64,000 nucleotides of DNA. Origin: Bacteroidales bacterium (GTDB taxonomy: Bacteria > Bacteroidota > Bacteroidia > Bacteroidales > P3). The stretch is taken from positions 24,051 through 88,050 of the forward strand of contig JAFUYA010000049.1 in the NCBI GenBank assembly GCA_017477025.1, read 5' to 3'. The first letter of the stretch is position 1. The number at the start of each line of letters is the position of its first letter. The position numbers and the translations under genes are program-made. Shown here piece by piece: positions 37,672-47,065 of this stretch. Under the pieces are notes generated by a model. It saw only the letters and a program-made list of their open reading frames with translations. It searched no databases and had not been told where the DNA came from.

Positions 37672-38235
37672 ATGAAATTATTCGGGAAGATTATATTAAA
37701 ACTCGGCGGTTTTCATCTTCGCAGCGATTTCAGTGAGGAGATGAAAAACGCCGTTATTATTGAAGCTCCGCATACAAGTATGTGGGATTTTGTTTGGGGA
37801 AGGGCAGGTTTATGGGCCTTGGGCATAAAATGTCATTTTCTTATTAAAAAAGAGTTGTTCTTTTTCCCGTTAGGGATTATTCTTAAAATGTTAGGAGCCG
37901 TTCCCGTCAATAGAGGTAAGGACGGTAAAGGATTCTACGATCATATCATCAGACAACTGAAAGATAACGACAATTTTTCACTGATTATAACTCCCGAAGG
38001 GACAAGAAAACGTACGGATAATTGGAAGAAAGGTTTCTATTACATTGCTCGAAAGGCGGAAAAACCGATATTTATGGCATGGATTGATTATAAATACAAG
38101 ACCTGCGGAGTCAGTAAGCAGGATAAGATTGTTCCGAGCGGAGATTATGACAAAGATTTCTTGATTGTCAAAGAGTTTTACAAAAAAGTTCATGCCAAAC
38201 ACCCTGAAAAGTTCAATCTTACTTCACAACAATAG
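37672..38235 (+). CDS. 1-acyl-sn-glycerol-3-phosphate acyltransferase family (PlsC-like) protein
   Basis: The APHTSMWD (HX4D) and ITPEGTR motifs are both present. Confidence 0.75.
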   Translation: MKLFGKIILKLGGFHLRSDFSEEMKNAVIIEAPHTSMWDFVWGRAGLWALGIKCHFLIKKELFFFPLGIILKMLGAVPVNRGKDGKGFYDHIIRQLKDNDNFSLIITPEGTRKRTDNWKKGFYYIARKAEKPIFMAWIDYKYKTCGVSKQDKIVPSGDYDKDFLIVKEFYKKVHAKHPEKFNLTSQQ

Positions 38236-38369
38236 TATTTCTTGTAAATTAAAATTGACAAACGGCGGTAAATTCTCTCAAATGAATCTGTCGCCGTTCT
38301 TTTTTGTTGCATAAACAGAGTAAAAGATTCATTTGAGGACGGATTTCTTACTGAAAAGTTTGGAAAACA

Positions 38370-38575
38370 AGGACAAAACTTCTGAAATCATTAAGAATAT
38401 TTTTGAAATTATTAAAAAGAAATTCGTCAGGACGGTTCAAAATTATATTTCAGACGGTTCAAAATATGGTTTTTGACGGTCTGAAATCTTTTTTGAACCG
38501 TCCTGAACAAAAGTTTTCTTAATGATTTCAAAACTCTTTTCACTAATTTCAAAACCGGTTTCATTGATTTTAATT
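38370..38575. repeat. composite palindromic intergenic element, copy A
   Basis: A 15-bp perfect IR: caggacggttcaaaa (38428-38442) with ttttgaaccgtcctg (38491-38505). A 14-bp perfect outer IR: gaaatcattaagaa (38384-38397) with ttcttaatgatttc (38516-38529). GACGGT/ACCGTC cores sit at 38431, 38453, 38475 and 38497, a 22-bp period. It is collinear with copy B at 58.3 kb. Confidence 0.75.
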
Positions 38576-38677
38576 GACATTTCAGAAAAGCGACACGGTT
38601 TTTCTCACATCGGGAGTGAAAGGTTGCCGATGAATAAAAAAAACCGATTTTCATTTGTGCATATATATGAAATTTTG

Positions 38678-38685
38678 TAAATTTG
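38678..38685 (+). promoter_or_regulatory. -7 box TAaaTTTG for purL
   Basis: taaatttg lies 32 nt upstream of ATG 38717. Confidence 0.45.
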
Positions 38686-38716
38686 CAACCAAATAAGAAA
38701 AAACATTGATAATACT

Positions 38717-40954
38717 ATGATAAAGGCTGAAGAAGTTACGGTTGAAACCGCTAAAAAATTGGGGTTATTGCCTGAGGAATTTGAAAAGATTAAAGAATAT
38801 TTGGGCGGAAGAACGCCGAATTTTACCGAGTTGAGTATTTATTCCGTTATGTGGAGCGAACATGCTTCATATAAGAATAGTATCAAATGGATAAAAAAAC
38901 TTCCTAAGGAAGGAAGACAAATGCTTGTTGCACCGGGTGAGGAGAATGCCGGAATGGTTGATGTAGGTGACGGAAGAGCATGTGTATTCAAGATAGAAAG
39001 TCATAATCATCCTTGTGCCGTTGAGCCTTTTCAGGGAGCGGCAACGGGAGTAGGCGGAATAAACCGTGATATTTTCACAATGGGTGCAAGACCTATCGCA
39101 CAGATGAACGCACTTCGTTTCGGAAAATTGTCTTCAAAACACGCTAAACATTTATTTAAAGGTTCTGTAGAGGGTATTTCCCATTATGGCAACTCTTTCG
39201 GGGTGCCTGTTTTGGGAGGAGAGGTTTTCTTTGACGAATGTTTTGAAAACAACCCGTTGGTTAATGCCATGAGTGTGGGTATAATGAAGAAAGAAGATCT
39301 GATAAAGGCTTTGGCAAAAGGAGCAGGTAACCCTGTTTATATTGTAGGTTCTTCCACAGGTAAGGACGGAATACACGGGGCAACGTTTGCAAGTGCCGAT
39401 GTTACTGAAAACTCTGCCGACGATATACCTTCCATTCAAGTAGGAGACCCGTTCCAAGAGAAATTGTTGATGGAAGCATCCTTGGAATTAGGCCGTAGCG
39501 GAGCAATAGTAGGTATGCAGGATATGGGTGCAGCAGGTATTATCTGTTCTACAAGTGAAATGAGTGAAAAGGGCGGAAGCGGAATGAAAATCAATTTGGA
39601 TGAAGTTCCTTTACGTCAGCAGAATATAGAAGCGTGGGAGATTCTTCTTTCCGAGAGTCAGGAAAGAATGCTCGTTGTTGTAAAGAAAGGACAGGAAGAA
39701 GTTGTTGAGAAGATTTTTGATAAATGGGATTTGAATTGTAAGAAGATCGGTGAAGTTATTGACGAGGATATGCTTTATTTCTATTGGAAAGGCGAATTGG
39801 TTGCCAAAGTACCTGCTTCAACACTTGTTCTTGGCGGGGGAGCTCCTCAATATGACAGAGAATATACCGAACCTGCTTACTACCAAAAGAGAAAAGAATT
39901 CAAAATTGACAGCATAAAAGAGCCTGATATTAAACAGGCAAAAGAAATTGCAAAGGCTATGGTTCATAATCCTAATCTTGCAAGCAAACGTTGGGTTTAT
40001 GAGCAGTACGATACTATGGTAGGTACGCGTAATATGACAACTAACCGTCCTGCTGATTCGGGAGTTGCTAATATCAAAGGATGCAGCAACGGTATTGCCA
40101 TGACTTGCGATTGTAATTCGCGTTATGTGTATTCTGATCCGTTTATCGGAGCCGAAATGGCGGTAGCAGAGGCGGCAAGAAACATTGTTTGTACGGGTGG
40201 AGAGCCGTTGGCAGTAACTAATTGCTTGAATTTCGGCAATCCTTACAAACCTGAGACCTATTGGCAGTTTGTTAATGCGGTTAAAGGTATGGGTGAGGCT
40301 TGTAAAAAGTTTTCTACGCCTGTTACCGGCGGTAATGTTTCTTTCTATAATCAGGCATCAATCAACGGAGTTGTGGAGGCCGTTATGCCGTCGCCTGTTA
40401 TCGGTATGGTGGGAACGGTAAATAAGGACGATCAAACGGGATTGGACTTCAAACAAGAGGGACAAAGCATCTACTTGTTGGGAGAAGTTGTCAATGACAT
40501 TAATTCTTCGGAGTATCTGTATAACTATTGCGGAGTCAAATTGAGTGATGTTCCTTATTTTGATATGGACAAAGAATTTGATTTGCAGCAGGCTGTCAAA
40601 AAAATGATAAAAACCAAGACTTTGCAATCCGCACATGATGTTTCTGACGGAGGATTGTTTATGAATTTGTTGGAAAGTGCTATGGTAAGAGACTTAGGTT
40701 TTGAGATAGAAACAGATAAAAATGTTCGTTTGGATGCATTTTTGTTCGGAGAGAGTCAATCTCGTATAGTTGTAACAATAAACGAGAATAAGAAAGCCGA
40801 ATTTGAAAGCATTTTGGCCGAATACAACGTTCCTTGCCGTAAAATAGGTAAGACGACAAGTAAAAATATTGCCATTGACGGAGAAGATTTCGGTTGTATC
40901 TGTGAATACAAACGGATATTTAATAACGTCATCGGCGAAGAAATGGAGAAATAA
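38717..40954 (+). CDS. purL: phosphoribosylformylglycinamidine synthase subunit PurL
   Basis: 745 aa. WSEHASYKNS, ESHNHPCAVEPFQGAATGVGG, the duplicated AIRS-like domains and DVSDGGL are present. Confidence 0.95.
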   Translation: MIKAEEVTVETAKKLGLLPEEFEKIKEYLGGRTPNFTELSIYSVMWSEHASYKNSIKWIKKLPKEGRQMLVAPGEENAGMVDVGDGRACVFKIESHNHPCAVEPFQGAATGVGGINRDIFTMGARPIAQMNALRFGKLSSKHAKHLFKGSVEGISHYGNSFGVPVLGGEVFFDECFENNPLVNAMSVGIMKKEDLIKALAKGAGNPVYIVGSSTGKDGIHGATFASADVTENSADDIPSIQVGDPFQEKLLMEASLELGRSGAIVGMQDMGAAGIICSTSEMSEKGGSGMKINLDEVPLRQQNIEAWEILLSESQERMLVVVKKGQEEVVEKIFDKWDLNCKKIGEVIDEDMLYFYWKGELVAKVPASTLVLGGGAPQYDREYTEPAYYQKRKEFKIDSIKEPDIKQAKEIAKAMVHNPNLASKRWVYEQYDTMVGTRNMTTNRPADSGVANIKGCSNGIAMTCDCNSRYVYSDPFIGAEMAVAEAARNIVCTGGEPLAVTNCLNFGNPYKPETYWQFVNAVKGMGEACKKFSTPVTGGNVSFYNQASINGVVEAVMPSPVIGMVGTVNKDDQTGLDFKQEGQSIYLLGEVVNDINSSEYLYNYCGVKLSDVPYFDMDKEFDLQQAVKKMIKTKTLQSAHDVSDGGLFMNLLESAMVRDLGFEIETDKNVRLDAFLFGESQSRIVVTINENKKAEFESILAEYNVPCRKIGKTTSKNIAIDGEDFGCICEYKRIFNNVIGEEMEK

Positions 40955-40980
40955 GGATTCAACAAATAGTTTGTCCTTAT

Positions 40981-41044
40981 AAATTGCCGGAAAGTGGGGA
41001 GAATCTTCACAAAAGTGATGATTCTCCCCACTTTCCGGCAATTT
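40981..41044. repeat. 64-nt near-perfect palindrome (25-bp perfect arms)
   Basis: aaattgccggaaagtggggagaatc (40981-41005) pairs with gattctccccactttccggcaattt (41020-41044). An inner tcac/gtga pairing extends the stem. No adjoining T run. Confidence 0.8.
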
Positions 41045-41101
41045 ACAGTAGCAGTTATCTGAGGAATATAGTATATATACACACATAAAAAGGAGGTTAG
41101 T

Positions 41102-42946
41102 ATGAAAAAAATGATTTTTTGGGCAGCATGTTTCATGCTTTTTATGCAAAGTTTTGCTTACGGACAACTTGCAGAAGGCAGAGAGTTTACCGTAGGCGCA
41201 CTTACTTACAGGGTTCTTCCTGACCGCAGTACGGTAAAAGTAGGCTCCGCATATGAATATCATGCGTTGCTTCCGTTTGACTTGTCAATTCCGGAGTGGG
41301 TTGAATACGATGGTTACCGATATACTGTTACAGAAATAAGACGCAAGGCTTTTACTGGGTGTGATATAGTAAGTGTAACTATTCCTAACACAATTACCCT
41401 CATAGATACGTTTGCGTTTGAGTCTTGTCACGAATTGAAATCCATAGTTATACCTGACGGAGTTACTGAAATAAAACGCTTTGCTTTTGACTTTTGTGAT
41501 AAAATGGAAAGTATTGAAATCGGCAAAAATGTATCTAATATTGAGGGGCATATACTACACGGCTGTAAAAATTTGCAGACTATTATTTGGAATGCTGAAA
41601 ATTGCGGGGGAGACGGTTTTGAAGCGTATGGTTCGATTCCGTCATGGTTAGATAATACTAATACTGATTTGATGAAACATGTTGTAATCGGGACGACATG
41701 TAAAAATATTCCTGAAGGATTTATGGAGAATTATGCAGGATTGGAAGACGTTGTAATAAAAGGTTCAATTGAACATATCGGAAAACTTGCGTTTAGCAAC
41801 TGCTCAAACTTAAAAAGCGTCGATATGCAGGGACCGTATGTCAGTGTTATTGAGGATTATGCATTTTCAACTTGTAAAAATCTGGCAATGGTCAATTTTA
41901 GTCCGAAAGTAGATACGATTAAATTACGTGCATTTACAAACTGTAAACTGGACAAGATACATTTACGTAATTGTACTTATATCGGACGAGAAGCCTTTTA
42001 CAGTAATTGGGAAGTAAAGTATATTATCATTGATGGGGTTAAAACTATCGAGTCCGAAGCCTTTGCCCAATCATATGATGTGAGGATAGTTAAACTTGGA
42101 AAAGATATAAAAAGAATAGAGAAGTACGCGTTCAAACATAGTAGTTTGATAGATACTTTATATTGTATGGCTGACGTTCCGCCTGCTGTAGGGGATAGTA
42201 TTCTTTATTATCACTACAAAAATCCGGAACATTTGATTGTTTATGTCCCTTGTGGCAAAGCAAAAGCGTACAAGAATGCAGATTATTGGAAAAAATTTAC
42301 TATTCGTGAGTGGTGTGAGAGTACGGATCCTATAAAGGACGAGAAAATAATAATACCTCCATTGGCGGTTATTACTATGTTGGATTCCGGTACAGTTTAC
42401 CAAGGAACATCTATTACATACAATGCAAGAATAAAAGGACATGTTGATAATACGGGCGAAGTACGATTCCAAAGAAGACCTGCAACTACAGATGAATGGA
42501 TTACATGGAATGATGACCCGAAGAAGGTGTATGAAGACAATTATTCTGTAAGAAAGGAGACTATTGAGAGGTATATTCCTTTGAGTGATGAATATTTCGT
42601 GCGTGCTTATATGCTTGTTCGTTATAGTTCGGATCGTAATAAACACATTGATAGATGGGATACTGTCTTTAGTAATGAGATTCTCTTGAAACACGATTCC
42701 GGTATAGAGGATATTAATGAGGAGAATATGATTACTGTTTATCCTAATCCTGCAAAAGATATTGTTACTATTGAGGCGGTTGCTCAAATCGGCAAAGCAG
42801 TAAGGGTCTTTGACAATCAAGGCAGAGTTGTATTTGAAGACCAAAAAGCGGATATAAGACATTATGTTTTAAATACCGCATTATGGGCAAGAGGAATTTA
42901 TTATATTGAAATTGACGGCAAACGAAGCAGGTTGATTCTTGAATAA
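41102..42946 (+). CDS. BspA-like leucine-rich-repeat surface protein with T9SS C-terminal sorting domain
   Basis: Signal peptide, then reiterated units of about 23 aa, AF..C..L.S[IV].IP..V..I (LRR_5 type). The C-terminus ITVYPNPAKDIVTIE...GIYYIEIDGK...LILE is a canonical Por tail. Confidence 0.8.
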   Translation: MKKMIFWAACFMLFMQSFAYGQLAEGREFTVGALTYRVLPDRSTVKVGSAYEYHALLPFDLSIPEWVEYDGYRYTVTEIRRKAFTGCDIVSVTIPNTITLIDTFAFESCHELKSIVIPDGVTEIKRFAFDFCDKMESIEIGKNVSNIEGHILHGCKNLQTIIWNAENCGGDGFEAYGSIPSWLDNTNTDLMKHVVIGTTCKNIPEGFMENYAGLEDVVIKGSIEHIGKLAFSNCSNLKSVDMQGPYVSVIEDYAFSTCKNLAMVNFSPKVDTIKLRAFTNCKLDKIHLRNCTYIGREAFYSNWEVKYIIIDGVKTIESEAFAQSYDVRIVKLGKDIKRIEKYAFKHSSLIDTLYCMADVPPAVGDSILYYHYKNPEHLIVYVPCGKAKAYKNADYWKKFTIREWCESTDPIKDEKIIIPPLAVITMLDSGTVYQGTSITYNARIKGHVDNTGEVRFQRRPATTDEWITWNDDPKKVYEDNYSVRKETIERYIPLSDEYFVRAYMLVRYSSDRNKHIDRWDTVFSNEILLKHDSGIEDINEENMITVYPNPAKDIVTIEAVAQIGKAVRVFDNQGRVVFEDQKADIRHYVLNTALWARGIYYIEIDGKRSRLILE

Positions 42947-42982
42947 TCAGTTCCGAATAATTAGCATTACTAATTATGAAAT

Positions 42983-43022
42983 AAAAAAAGCGGAGACTTT
43001 GTTAAAAGTCCCCGCCTTTTTT
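42983..43022. terminator. bidirectional terminator between the LRR gene and ftsZ
   Basis: gcggagactt (42990-42999) pairs with aagtccccgc (43006-43015) with one mismatch. It is flanked by an A7 run and a T6 run. Confidence 0.7.
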
Positions 43023-43042
43023 ATTTGCAGATGTTATAAATC

Positions 43043-44794
43043 TTAATCTACTCCACTGCTTATTATAGGGTTTTCCATTATTGAAATAGAACCGTCTTTG
43101 CTGATTCTCATTCCCGTATCAGGTATTTTCAGATTGGATAATTTCTCATCAATATTATCTACAGCAGGTCTTAGATTCATTATAATCTCTCTGTTGCCGG
43201 AGTTCAATAAATCATGTATCTTTTTTATTCTTTCTCTTTTTGCATCAGAAGAGTTTTCGTATACAGAATTACTTTTCTCAAACGTTGTAACAGTATTGTC
43301 TTGTGTTATCTCTTTCAATGACGGTTTGGATATTGTTGTAGGATCGGAAGATTCACGACGTGAAAATATTTGTTCCATTTCTTTATTTTCGGATGGAGCA
43401 AACAAAGATGACATTGAAAGTCTGGTCGGTGTTTGAATATCTTCCGGAATTTCTATGGATTGCGTTTTTCCTTCCGTCCTTTCAAATTCTTTAATAATTT
43501 CATCATTGGTTTTTATATGCTCACTTTCCTTTTGCTGAACAGGAGGCTGAAAGGAAATAGGGTCTCCTAAAGTGATTCTTTTTGTCTCAATCTCCTTAGG
43601 TTTATCTAAAACACTCGTGGTGCTTGGTTCTTGATTAGGCTGAGTTTTGATACCGAATCCGTTGGCAGTATCCTTAATTTTATCTTCTATCCTGTCAAGT
43701 GGATTTTCAATGGTAGGTATAGGTTTCGGGTTTTCTCTGTGAGCAGGTTTCGGATTTTCAGGGATACTTATTCCGGGTTTCCTTGGAATAGGGTTGTAGA
43801 TAGTTTTGGATTCAAAACCTGTAGCAACGAGAGTGATTGCTATCTTACCTTCAAGAGAGTCATCATATCCGTATCCCCAAATTTTATCAACATCAGGGCT
43901 TGTCAATTCTTCTATATAGTTAGTGATAGTTTCCAGTTCATCCATTTGTAGTTGGAATTTTTCATCGGAAGAGAAAGAAACATAAAGTAAGATATTTTTT
44001 GTTTGTTTCAAGTCATTGTCATTTAACAAATCACTTGTCGTTGCAGCTTTAATGGCTTCATAAGCACGATCTTCCCCTTCTCCGATACCGCTTCCCATCA
44101 ATGCAACACCGGAATGTTGCATAACGGATTGAACATCTCGGAAGTCAACATGTATATATGCATTTGCCGTCATTATTTCCGAAATACCTTTTGCTGCAGT
44201 CAAAAGAACATCATCGGCAAGAGCGAAAGCATTAGACATAAGCATCGTTCCTCTGCCTTTCAATTTATCAGTGTTTACTATGATTATAGAATCCACCACT
44301 TTTCGCAGATTTTCTATACCCATAGTGGCTTGTTCTCTTCGTTTCTTTCCTTCAAAAGAGAACGGAATAGTAACAACGGCTACGACCAAAATTTCGTCAT
44401 TACCGTCATCAACTTCTATTTCTTTTGCTATCTTAGCAATCTCGGGAGAAGCTCCCGTTCCCGTTCCTCCTCCCATACCTGCTGCAATAAAGAGCATGTG
44501 AGTATTGTTTGAAAGTACGGTTTTTATACGATCTGATGCTGCAATGGCAGCCTTTTGTCCTACGGCAGGGTCATTTCCTGCTCCTAAATCTTTATCTCCT
44601 AACTTTATTTTAGTAGTGACAGGAGAAGCATCCAAACTCTGCTTGTCTGTATTGCAGACGATGAAATCAACGCCTGTAATACCCTGTCTGTACATGTGAT
44701 TGACAGCATTGGTTCCTGCACCTCCGACACCTATTACCTTTATGTATGAACTTTGTTCTTCCGGTGCTACATCAAAAAAATCAAAATCGGACAT
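43043..44794 (-). CDS. ftsZ: cell division GTPase FtsZ (long C-terminal linker)
   Basis: IKVIGVGGAGTNAVNHM, the tubulin signature GMGGGTGTGASP, and NTDKQ. Confidence 0.97.
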   Translation of the reverse strand: MSDFDFFDVAPEEQSSYIKVIGVGGAGTNAVNHMYRQGITGVDFIVCNTDKQSLDASPVTTKIKLGDKDLGAGNDPAVGQKAAIAASDRIKTVLSNNTHMLFIAAGMGGGTGTGASPEIAKIAKEIEVDDGNDEILVVAVVTIPFSFEGKKRREQATMGIENLRKVVDSIIIVNTDKLKGRGTMLMSNAFALADDVLLTAAKGISEIMTANAYIHVDFRDVQSVMQHSGVALMGSGIGEGEDRAYEAIKAATTSDLLNDNDLKQTKNILLYVSFSSDEKFQLQMDELETITNYIEELTSPDVDKIWGYGYDDSLEGKIAITLVATGFESKTIYNPIPRKPGISIPENPKPAHRENPKPIPTIENPLDRIEDKIKDTANGFGIKTQPNQEPSTTSVLDKPKEIETKRITLGDPISFQPPVQQKESEHIKTNDEIIKEFERTEGKTQSIEIPEDIQTPTRLSMSSLFAPSENKEMEQIFSRRESSDPTTISKPSLKEITQDNTVTTFEKSNSVYENSSDAKRERIKKIHDLLNSGNREIIMNLRPAVDNIDEKLSNLKIPDTGMRISKDGSISIMENPIISSGVD

Positions 44795-44941
44795 CTTTTA
44801 TATATTCTTTTATATTAAACTTCAAATATGGCAACACTTCAAAGTGTAAAATTACCTTTTTTTGTCTGAAAAAAAGTATTTTTGTTTCCTTTTTTATGAA
44901 CAAATAACTGTTAATAATCAGTTATAATTTGTTTCTATTCA

Positions 44942-46297
44942 TTATTCTACACTATCATTCAAGACTTTAGCAAAGAACTTCTTGATGGCATCCAGTATAG
45001 AACCTTTCGGAGTTTTAGGATTTTCCTTATTATTTTTTACAGGTTTTTCTTCAACAACAGTTTGTTCCGTCTCCTCTGTTTTGGTTTCTGTATGAGAATT
45101 CAGATTTTCTTCATATTCAAAACCTTTCAAAACAAGTCCTATTCCTGTAGAATACATCGGATCGCAGCAATCACTTGTACTATCTGAAAGCCATTTACTA
45201 TCAGGATCTCCTGTTCTTGTAGGAATTCCTGTTATGTATTGAGTATATTGTGCAATGTGCTCCAATTTACTTCCACCTCCTGTCAGTACTATTCCTGCTA
45301 TTAATATCTTGTCATCATAATAGCCGTTTTTCAATTCGAAATCTACCTGTTGCAGTATCATCTCAACACGTGCTTTTATGATTCCTGAAAGCATATACAA
45401 AGTTACTTCTCTACCTTCTCTACCTTTCAAACCCGGTATTTGTATTATAGTTCCCTGTTGGCTTTCGGTTTGCAGACAATCTCCGTAATGAGTTTTTAGA
45501 GCTTCTGCCTGATATTGCATGATACGACATGTTTCTTTTATGTCATTGGTTATACTGTTACCTGCCAGTTGAATGACTGCAGTATGACGCAATATACCGT
45601 TTTGGAATATGGCCATATCCGTAGTACCTCCTCCAATATCCACCAAGCATATTCCTGCAGTTTTCTCATCCTCATCAATAACGGCTTCGGCACTTGCTAT
45701 AGGTTCAAGAATTAATCCTTTGACCTTGTAACCTGCCATAGATACACTCCTGTATATATTATGTATGTTGTTTTCATCTCCGCTAATGAGGTTATAATTA
45801 ACTTCTATAACCTTTCCTACATATCCTACAGGATCGGTAATACCTGCCTGCCCGTCTATAATGTAGTCTTGAGGAACAATGTCTATGATGCTTTCTCCAG
45901 GAGACAAAACTCTGTTGTATTGTTCATTGATCAATTCCCTGATGTCTTCCTCTGTAATTAAGTGATCTTCCTCTTTAATAATTTTCTGACTCCTGTTAAG
46001 ACTATTTTTAATATTATGACCGGCAACACCTACATATGCTTCCGTAATCTTAATATTACACTTTTTCTCTGCAAGTTCTACTGCAAGTTTAATGCTGTCT
46101 GCCGTATTTTTTATGTTTTTGACTGCTCCGTGTACGACGCCTACGGAAGTGGTCTTGCCCATACCGACGATACTTACTTTTCCGTTAGCATCTTTCTTAC
46201 CGACAAAGACTGCGATTTTGGTAGTTCCGACATCTATGCCTACGATCATATTGTCTGTATTTACTTCTTGGGTTCTCTCCTGTTGTAAATTTTCCAT
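44942..46297 (-). CDS. ftsA: cell division protein FtsA
   Basis: Actin-fold motifs VGIDVGTTKIAVFV, VDIGGGTTDMAIF and LTGGGSKL. Confidence 0.95.
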   Translation of the reverse strand: MENLQQERTQEVNTDNMIVGIDVGTTKIAVFVGKKDANGKVSIVGMGKTTSVGVVHGAVKNIKNTADSIKLAVELAEKKCNIKITEAYVGVAGHNIKNSLNRSQKIIKEEDHLITEEDIRELINEQYNRVLSPGESIIDIVPQDYIIDGQAGITDPVGYVGKVIEVNYNLISGDENNIHNIYRSVSMAGYKVKGLILEPIASAEAVIDEDEKTAGICLVDIGGGTTDMAIFQNGILRHTAVIQLAGNSITNDIKETCRIMQYQAEALKTHYGDCLQTESQQGTIIQIPGLKGREGREVTLYMLSGIIKARVEMILQQVDFELKNGYYDDKILIAGIVLTGGGSKLEHIAQYTQYITGIPTRTGDPDSKWLSDSTSDCCDPMYSTGIGLVLKGFEYEENLNSHTETKTEETEQTVVEEKPVKNNKENPKTPKGSILDAIKKFFAKVLNDSVE

Positions 46298-46308
46298 ATC
46301 TATTTCTT

Positions 46309-47058
46309 TTATTTATATTTTCCACATATAATTTGATTATGAAATCTTAAATCTATGTACTCATAATCATCCCACCCTTGGGTTTCAAATGAATAGTTTA
46401 TCAAATAATGTAACTTTTCCAACTCTTCCTTCCATTCTTTTTTATCTCCTAATCTTATAACATAATCTCCTTGGGTAGGTATTAGAAACCAATTTTTATC
46501 TTTTTTCATTATTCCGCTTATCCATTTCTTTAACAAATTATCTGCATTAATAAGCGTTGCTATATCGTAAATTATTTTCGAATCACCGTTTTTTATTGTA
46601 TCTATGTGTAATACCGGATTATCTTTTATATCTCCTATTGCAGTTAAACATTGTACGGGCTTTATAGTTTTTATTATATCCATCTCATCATCTATATAAA
46701 AATTGTGATTTGATTTATTATAAACCCTTACAATAATTGTTTTTTGTACAATAGTTATACGTAACTCTCCGGTTAAAGAAACAGAAACAACAGCATTCTT
46801 TATAAAGTCATTATGTTCAAGATACTCTTTTATGTCATCCGTATCAATCTTATTTCTTTTATATGTTAGGAAGTTTCCGTATTTTTTTGATAATTCATTT
46901 AATATTTCCGTTTCGGTCAATATTTTCGGTCCTTCAGTGTTTTGAATTTTTAGTTCAATATTTGATATCTTTGATAATCCTACTAACAAAGGTACAGCAA
47001 CGGCAATCACAATGACTGCCACAATTATCCCTGCCTTTATTAGAATTCGTTTACTCAT
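46309..47058 (-). CDS. ftsQ: cell division protein FtsQ-like
   Basis: 249 aa with a single N-terminal TM followed by a POTRA-like region. The position between murC and ftsA supports the call. Confidence 0.7.
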   Translation of the reverse strand: MSKRILIKAGIIVAVIVIAVAVPLLVGLSKISNIELKIQNTEGPKILTETEILNELSKKYGNFLTYKRNKIDTDDIKEYLEHNDFIKNAVVSVSLTGELRITIVQKTIIVRVYNKSNHNFYIDDEMDIIKTIKPVQCLTAIGDIKDNPVLHIDTIKNGDSKIIYDIATLINADNLLKKWISGIMKKDKNWFLIPTQGDYVIRLGDKKEWKEELEKLHYLINYSFETQGWDDYEYIDLRFHNQIICGKYK

Positions 47059-47065
47059 GAATTTC

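Noticed and set aside
38427-38654. 75-aa minus-strand ORF in copy A, and a 61-aa plus-strand ORF (58202-58387) in copy B, with similar peptides (…RTVQKRFQTVKNHILNRLK… / …GRFKINFQTVQNIVLDRLK…)
   Set aside because: The peptide similarity follows from the shared palindromic DNA, since the ORFs are on opposite strands of collinear copies. The ORF boundaries are not conserved between the copies. I interpret the conservation as DNA- or RNA-level.
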